Shown: positions 15,181 to 19,997 of the stretch, one piece after another
Layout: each line of letters begins with the position of its first letter
Position numbering within the stretch: the stretch's first letter is position 1
Virus record (IMG/VR): IMGVR_UViG_2615840715_000006
Strand: one strand, 5' to 3'
DNA length: 19,997 nt
DNA from: an uncultured virus (IMG/VR IMGVR_UViG_2615840715_000006)
Taxonomy: Duplodnaviria; Heunggongvirae; Uroviricota; Caudoviricetes
Program-made: the position numbers and the translations under genes
The notes under the pieces: generated by a model
Databases searched by the model: none
Seen by the model: only the letters and a program-made list of their open reading frames with translations
What the model was told of the DNA's origin: nothing

Positions 15181-15837
15181 GTGAACGCGTTCCGGGAGGT
15201 AGACGATGCCGATCCGGCGCTTGCGTTCTCGCCGATGGTGCGCGCGATCGAAAAGACCTTCGTGTGGATCGACGAGAACGGCGGCATCCCTCTGACGCCA
15301 TCCAAGGCTTTCAAGCGCGTGTTCGTGCACTGGGCCGCGGCCGAGTTCGAATGGCCCGGCCACACCGAGGCCGAACTCTTCGCCGTCAACAAGGTGCTGA
15401 ACGAGCCCGACTTCGCCCCGCTCACGGTTCTGCACGACCTGATGATCGCGATGAAGCTCGGCCGGCACTACAAGGGAGAGTTCCGACTGACCAAGGCAGG
15501 CGAGGCGCTGGTAAGCCATCCCGGTCGGATCTTCGGCAACTGGGACGTGTTCCTGAACGTGCTGAACGTTGAGACCGAGGACGGCGCTACCGGCGCCCGC
15601 CTCCGCCGCGTGCTCTTCGGAGAACCCGAGAAGGAGCCGTTGCCGCGCTACGACGGGGTGATGGGGCAACTCTACATCCAGGTGCTGAGACCGCTGTGTT
15701 GGGCGGGGCTGCTGCAGCAGGGGCGTGGCACAGCCAGCTATCGCTTCGAGGAAACGGTGTTCATGAAGACGCCGCTGTGGCGAGCGGCGATCCGGCTGGA
15801 GACGGACCAGAGGGTCAGGCGGGCACAGCGGCACTGA
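15181..15837 (+). CDS. Hypothetical protein (218 aa) co-transcribed with the repressor
   Basis: GTG one base after the repressor stop; GIPLTPSKAFKR, FRLTKAG, VLRPLCWAGLL (wHTH-like pieces); high-GC codon usage. Confidence 0.75.
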   Translation: MNAFREVDDADPALAFSPMVRAIEKTFVWIDENGGIPLTPSKAFKRVFVHWAAAEFEWPGHTEAELFAVNKVLNEPDFAPLTVLHDLMIAMKLGRHYKGEFRLTKAGEALVSHPGRIFGNWDVFLNVLNVETEDGATGARLRRVLFGEPEKEPLPRYDGVMGQLYIQVLRPLCWAGLLQQGRGTASYRFEETVFMKTPLWRAAIRLETDQRVRRAQRH

Positions 15838-15967
15838 TCCTGCCTACTTGTGCTCGAAGCGCGCCATGCAGGAGGTTTCTGACCATGGTGAACGGCCCTG
15901 GAGAGCGGATTCGCGTTGTGCGACAGGGGAGAGTCATGCGATACAGAGCGAAAAGCGGCGGGCAGAG

Positions 15968-16666
15968 ATGGTAGCGACGATAGACTTTAAGAACCCGACT
16001 ATGGTGATCGTTGGCCATTGGAACTCTGCGATTCTGAATGAACCGGGCTGGATTGCGAAACACTTGCTTGACGTGCCCGACGGACAGCAAGTGGATCTCC
16101 AAGCAATAGTTGTCGGCAACCAAGTTGGACCGTCCCATGTGGCGCCCGAGAAGCAAATTTGGCTGTTTGATCAATACGGTATATGCTGTTCCGGCCAACG
16201 ACTGGAAATGTACACTCGTGATCTCGACAATTTGGAGCCGCTCTATTTGGCGACGTCAAAGATCTCGCAGAAACTCCCGCACACACCGGTGCGTGCGATC
16301 GGCATCAACTTCAACGTGAAGATTAATGGCGACTTTGCCGCAATCACAGCGCTTTTAGAGACAAACGAGAGTTTTGACCTCTTGGGCACGATAAGGTCTA
16401 CGGAACGTACGGATTCGATAGAGATTGGTAACGAAAATCTGATAGAGATTGATGGCTTTGGTCGGGTTCAGACGACTTTAAATTTGACGAGGAAATCTGA
16501 TTTTGCTCAGGTTGAGATAAATTTCAATTATCACTCACCGGTGCAAGGCATTGAATTCTTGGATGGTTTTGTTGGCAAAGACCCCATTGCACACTGGCGA
16601 AGTCGTGCGATGACAATCCTCAGTGACTGCTACGATCTGACTGAAGTTGCGTCAGAATACTTTTAA
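15968..16666 (+). CDS. Cargo gene A: TIGR04255-like alpha/beta protein (232 aa)
   Basis: Lower GC. Motifs MVIVGHWNSAIL.EPGW and KLPHTPVRAIGINF recall TIGR04255-related proteins. Start uncertain (weak RBS). Confidence 0.65.
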   Translation: MVATIDFKNPTMVIVGHWNSAILNEPGWIAKHLLDVPDGQQVDLQAIVVGNQVGPSHVAPEKQIWLFDQYGICCSGQRLEMYTRDLDNLEPLYLATSKISQKLPHTPVRAIGINFNVKINGDFAAITALLETNESFDLLGTIRSTERTDSIEIGNENLIEIDGFGRVQTTLNLTRKSDFAQVEINFNYHSPVQGIEFLDGFVGKDPIAHWRSRAMTILSDCYDLTEVASEYF

Positions 16667-16681
16667 GGGAGGAAACGGAAA

Positions 16682-16885
16682 ATGGCAGAAAAAGAAGTGT
16701 CGGCAACATCAGGTCGGTTCAGTGGACCGACTGCAAACACCGGAGCGCAAAAGGTCGAAGCTAGCACCTGGACTTCCCGCTCCGTCTCAATCACCGTCTC
16801 TGCCTCTAGCAGAGGCGAGCGGCTCGTGTCCTTAAATGACCGCCTTCGGGGCAGCACAAGCAGAAGCACCGCCACCTCAGAATAG
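16682..16885 (+). CDS. Cargo gene B: Ser/Thr-rich small protein (67 aa)
   Basis: Strong AAGGGAGG RBS; fills the gap between A and C (15 and 8 nt spacers); 24 of 67 residues are Ser/Thr. Confidence 0.65.
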   Translation: MAEKEVSATSGRFSGPTANTGAQKVEASTWTSRSVSITVSASSRGERLVSLNDRLRGSTSRSTATSE

Positions 16886-16893
16886 GTGTAACC

Positions 16894-17799
16894 TTGGATT
16901 TTGTTTTCAAGGATGTATCCAGACTTGATACGTCTGGTCTATCACAAGGCGATGTTATCGCGAAAACCGATGCCGTAATTGATAGAATTGGTCAGGCGCA
17001 CCAGTACTACGCTGATGCACCTGACTATACTCATTTTATGGTCCTCACTCAGAGCTGTGACCTTGTGAGGAGGCAGGGCAACTTCAAAGCGCCCTATATA
17101 ACAATTGCAGCGGCCAAGCCCTTTAGGGGAACTATTGGAGAGTTTTTTGACCAGAAATCGAAGGTGGTTAAGGGTGCGGAATTCTCATTTCATTCCTCTA
17201 GCCTTGTAGGGAAGGCAAAGCAGCTCATTGAGCGGCATGTCAATAATACAGAGCCAGAGTTTTTCTTCCTCCCGAAGTCAGGGCACCCAAACATCCCTGA
17301 GGATCTTGTAGTTTTTCTTCGCCTGTCTGTAGCGCTGCGCAAGGAGCACTATGATGCACTAGCGGAAGCAAAGATTGCGGAGTTGGCTGACGTTTTCCAG
17401 GCTAAGCTTGGATGGCTTAAGGGGAATATTTACTCTCGCGTGGCCACCCCAGATTTTGAGGATCGGGGCTTGAACGCTGCTGAGATTAAGTCGGGGTTTT
17501 ACGAGCAGTATATTCCGAAGGACACGACGGTATGGCTTTCCGCTCTGCAGGCCGAGCTTCTGCGAAAGATAGTTAATGAGAGGCGAAAGGAAATCGAAAG
17601 GGACCTTTCATCAGAAGAGGTGCTGGAGATAATTGAAAGTGAGATCCCAGAGGATATTCAAATAATAGCAAATAACATAGTTGAACGCCTCAAAAAGAAT
17701 AAGCTTCTTGAGGGAGATCATGAAGCCGAGAAGAAATTTGCTCGAGTAATTTCGAACGAGCCATCGCTCAAGTCACTTGTTAAGTCCCTCGGAGGATAG
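16894..17799 (+). CDS. Cargo gene C: hypothetical protein with PemK/MazF-like motif pattern and helical C-terminal extension (301 aa)
   Basis: TTG start after AGGTG. Motifs LSQGDVI, FMVLTQSCDL, FFFLP, IAELADVFQAKLGWLKGNIYSRVATPD. Low GC. Confidence 0.6.
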   Translation: MDFVFKDVSRLDTSGLSQGDVIAKTDAVIDRIGQAHQYYADAPDYTHFMVLTQSCDLVRRQGNFKAPYITIAAAKPFRGTIGEFFDQKSKVVKGAEFSFHSSSLVGKAKQLIERHVNNTEPEFFFLPKSGHPNIPEDLVVFLRLSVALRKEHYDALAEAKIAELADVFQAKLGWLKGNIYSRVATPDFEDRGLNAAEIKSGFYEQYIPKDTTVWLSALQAELLRKIVNERRKEIERDLSSEEVLEIIESEIPEDIQIIANNIVERLKKNKLLEGDHEAEKKFARVISNEPSLKSLVKSLGG

Positions 17800-17925
17800 G
17801 TCAGCCGACAGCCGGTTGGGGTGTACGACATCATAAACCCTCAAGAAACAACCATACGACCCCCTCGATTTCGCCCTACTACGCCAATTCGTTTTTTGAA
17901 CTTGAACTGGAAAGCCTTGACCAGC

Positions 17926-17940
17926 GAACACGGAGCAAAC
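17926..17940 (+). promoter_or_regulatory. Alphaproteobacterial LexA-box-like site upstream of the recombinase operon
   Basis: GAAC-ACGGAGC-AAAC, the same variant as at 14420-14434, just 5' of the AGGAGG RBS of the operon's first ORF. Confidence 0.5.
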
Positions 17941-17962
17941 CGCCTCAGGAGGTTCGCTCCCC

Positions 17963-18181
17963 ATGCCCGACGACATCACCTTCGCACCACCCGCCGAGAC
18001 GCTCTCCACCGATGAGCGGCTGACGGAACTGGCCGCCATCCTCGCCAGCGCCGTCGCGCACACCAACCCACCGAAAACGAACGAGAATTCTCCGCTCGAC
18101 GGAGGCAGTTCGCTGGACATTCTCGCCCTCAGACGCCGTCGTCGGAGACAGGTTCGCAACCGAGTTGGAGACGACACATGA
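17963..18181 (+). CDS. Small hypothetical protein (72 aa), first gene of the recombinase operon
   Basis: AGGAGG RBS; LSTDERLTELAAILASA helix; ATGA overlap with DUF2924. Confidence 0.65.
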   Translation: MPDDITFAPPAETLSTDERLTELAAILASAVAHTNPPKTNENSPLDGGSSLDILALRRRRRRQVRNRVGDDT

Positions 18182-18675
18182 GGAAGAACACAAGGAAATC
18201 AGGCGCGAAGGCCGCGCCTGCGCACCAGGCGGAGAGGATCGACGTCCTGGCCGAACTGGCGGCGCTGAAGGCGATGACGGTGCCCGAGTTGCAGGAGAAG
18301 TGGCAGGCCATCTTCGGGGAGCGCGCGCCGAACGCCAGCCGTGGCAACCTCGAGCTTCGGCTCGGCTACCGCATCCAGGAACTGGCGCATGGCGGGATGC
18401 GCCGCGAGACGCGCCGCACGCTCGATGCGCTGGCCGACGAGGTCATGAGCGGCAAGCTCGGCGGCATGGTTGCGGACCCGCGCAAGCCAGCGCCCGGCAC
18501 GAAGCTGGTCCGCGAGTGGGGCGGCGAAGAGCACATGGTCACCGTTCTGGCGGACGGCTTCGAATGGCAGGGCCGGGGCTTCAGGTCGCTCTCTGCCGCC
18601 GTCCGCGCGATCACCGGCGCACACTGGAATGGCTGGCGCTTCTTCGGGCTCGACCAGACCGGAGGCGCCCGATGA
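18178..18675 (+). CDS. DUF2924 domain protein (165 aa)
   Basis: LGYRIQELAHGG, PGTKLVREWGG, FRSLSAAVRAITGAHWNGWRFFGL signature; ATGA overlap with the recombinase. Confidence 0.9.
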   Translation: MRKNTRKSGAKAAPAHQAERIDVLAELAALKAMTVPELQEKWQAIFGERAPNASRGNLELRLGYRIQELAHGGMRRETRRTLDALADEVMSGKLGGMVADPRKPAPGTKLVREWGGEEHMVTVLADGFEWQGRGFRSLSAAVRAITGAHWNGWRFFGLDQTGGAR

Positions 18676-19997
18676 CCCGAAAGAGCCAGACCGAACCGGC
18701 GCGCCGCCTGCGTTGCGCCATCTACACCCGTAAGTCGAGCGAGGAAGGGCTCGACATGGAGTTCAACAGCCTCGACGCGCAGCGGGAGGCCTGCGAGGCC
18801 TACATCGCCAGCCAGCGAGCCGAGGGGTGGGCCTGCCTGCGCGAGCGGTATGACGACGGCGGCTTCTCGGGCGGCACGCTGGACCGCCCAGCGCTGAAGC
18901 AGCTGATTACCGATGTCGAGGACGGGCTGGTCGACGTGGTCGTGGTCTACAAGATCGATCGTCTGAGCCGCGCGCTGATGGATTTCTCGAAGCTCGTCGA
19001 GATCTTCGACCGCCACGGCGTGACCTTCGTCTCCGTCACCCAGTCCTTCAACACGACCACGTCCATGGGCCGGCTGACGCTGAACATCCTGCTCAGCTTC
19101 GCCCAGTTCGAGCGCGAGGTCATCGGCGAGCGGATCCGCGACAAGGTCGCTGCCTCGAAGAAGAAAGGCATGTGGATGGGTGGCTACGTGCCGCTCGGCT
19201 ACGACGTGGTCGACCGCAAGCTGATCTTGAACGAGGCCGAGGCCGCGCAGGTCCGGACCATGTTCGAACTCTTCGCGCAGTCCGATTCCACCGCTGCGGT
19301 GATCCGGGAGCTGGACGCCCGCGGAATCCGGTCCAAGCGTGGCCGGCCCATCGACCGCGGGGCGCTCTACAAGCTGCTGCACAACCGCATCTACCGCGGC
19401 GAGATCACCCACAAGGACGAGACCTATCCCGGCATGCACGAGCCAATCATCGATTCGGAGTTGTGGGACGCCGCCCATGCCGTGCTGGCCGGCAACCGGA
19501 ACCAGCGGGCCGGACGCACCCGGAGCACCGAGCCGGCGCTGCTGCGCGGGCTGATCTTCACCGAGACCGGGGTCGCAATGACCCCGCACCACACCAAGAA
19601 GGGCAACAGGCGGTACTGTTACTACGTCTCGATGGACGTGATCCAGAAGCGGCCGACGGCCGAGCTGCGCGGGCCTCAGCGGCTGCCAGCGGCCATGGTG
19701 GAGGAAGCGGTCATCGGCGAGATCCGGAGGCTGCTGCGTACGCCGGAGATCATCGCGCGCACCGCGCGGGCCCTGAAGAGGGAGCGGCCCGACCTCGACG
19801 AGGGCACCGTGACCGCGGCGCTCACGCAATTCGACGATCTGTGGAAGGCGCTGATCCCCGCCGAGCAGGCCCGCGTCGTCCAACTGCTCGTGGCCCGCGT
19901 GACGGTGGGCGAAAACGGCCTCGACATCGACCTGCGCCATGACGGGCTCGGCGCGCTGGCGAGCCTGATGACGCCCGCGCGAGAGGACGCCGCCTGA
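18672..19997 (+). CDS. Large serine recombinase (integrase), 441 aa
   Basis: AIYTRKS catalytic Ser, DDGGFSG..DRP, VYKIDRLSR, AQFERE, PLGY, recombinase domain IYRG...HEPII. GGAGG RBS before ATG 18672. Confidence 0.95.
   Translation: MTRKSQTEPARRLRCAIYTRKSSEEGLDMEFNSLDAQREACEAYIASQRAEGWACLRERYDDGGFSGGTLDRPALKQLITDVEDGLVDVVVVYKIDRLSRALMDFSKLVEIFDRHGVTFVSVTQSFNTTTSMGRLTLNILLSFAQFEREVIGERIRDKVAASKKKGMWMGGYVPLGYDVVDRKLILNEAEAAQVRTMFELFAQSDSTAAVIRELDARGIRSKRGRPIDRGALYKLLHNRIYRGEITHKDETYPGMHEPIIDSELWDAAHAVLAGNRNQRAGRTRSTEPALLRGLIFTETGVAMTPHHTKKGNRRYCYYVSMDVIQKRPTAELRGPQRLPAAMVEEAVIGEIRRLLRTPEIIARTARALKRERPDLDEGTVTAALTQFDDLWKALIPAEQARVVQLLVARVTVGENGLDIDLRHDGLGALASLMTPAREDAA

Larger units (their letters stand above)
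1..19997. mobile_element. Prophage (temperate, serine-integrase type, probably lambda-like packaging); integration, immunity, replication and methylase modules; extends beyond the window
   Basis: Phage-type gene order: large serine recombinase, S24 repressor, replication operon, RuvC-like, MTases, start of terminase-small-subunit-like gene. No host housekeeping genes. att sites not visible. Confidence 0.9.

Noticed and set aside
15936..15974. 12-codon uORF (MRYRAKSGGQRW) overlapping the start of cargo gene A
   Set aside because: Could aid translational coupling, but it is too short to distinguish from chance.
16663..16875. 70-aa antisense ORF over cargo gene B
   Set aside because: The plus-strand ORF has the strong RBS and fits the operon; nothing supports the antisense one.
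17800..19997. att site or tRNA target near the recombinase
   Set aside because: No tRNA or identifiable att core is seen; the window ends at the recombinase stop codon.

Overview
High-GC alphaproteobacterial (Rhodobacteraceae-like) prophage segment, read right to left. It holds a large serine recombinase with DUF2924 (integration), a low-GC three-gene cargo cassette, and an XRE/S24 repressor divergent from a wHTH gene. A long, translationally coupled minus-strand early/replication operon follows (AlpA-like HTH, Sak4-like AAA ATPase, SSB-like protein, SF2 helicase, DUF6511-like, Cas4/RecB-like nuclease, primase-AAA fusion, iteron-rich gap, RuvC-like protein, DUF6362-like). After it come a cos-like site, two tandem DNA methyltransferases, a counter-oriented DUF3489 locus and the first codons of a probable terminase small subunit. 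Highlights: (1) the low-GC cassette at 15968-17799 looks like an uncharacterised chaperone/peptide/toxin anti-phage system; (2) the C5 methyltransferase appears split, with motif IX encoded by a nested alternative-frame gene (EcoHK31I-like); (3) two matching GAAC-N7-AAAC SOS-box-like sites suggest host LexA control of the regulator and recombinase operons. All family assignments come from motif recognition; no database searches were run.
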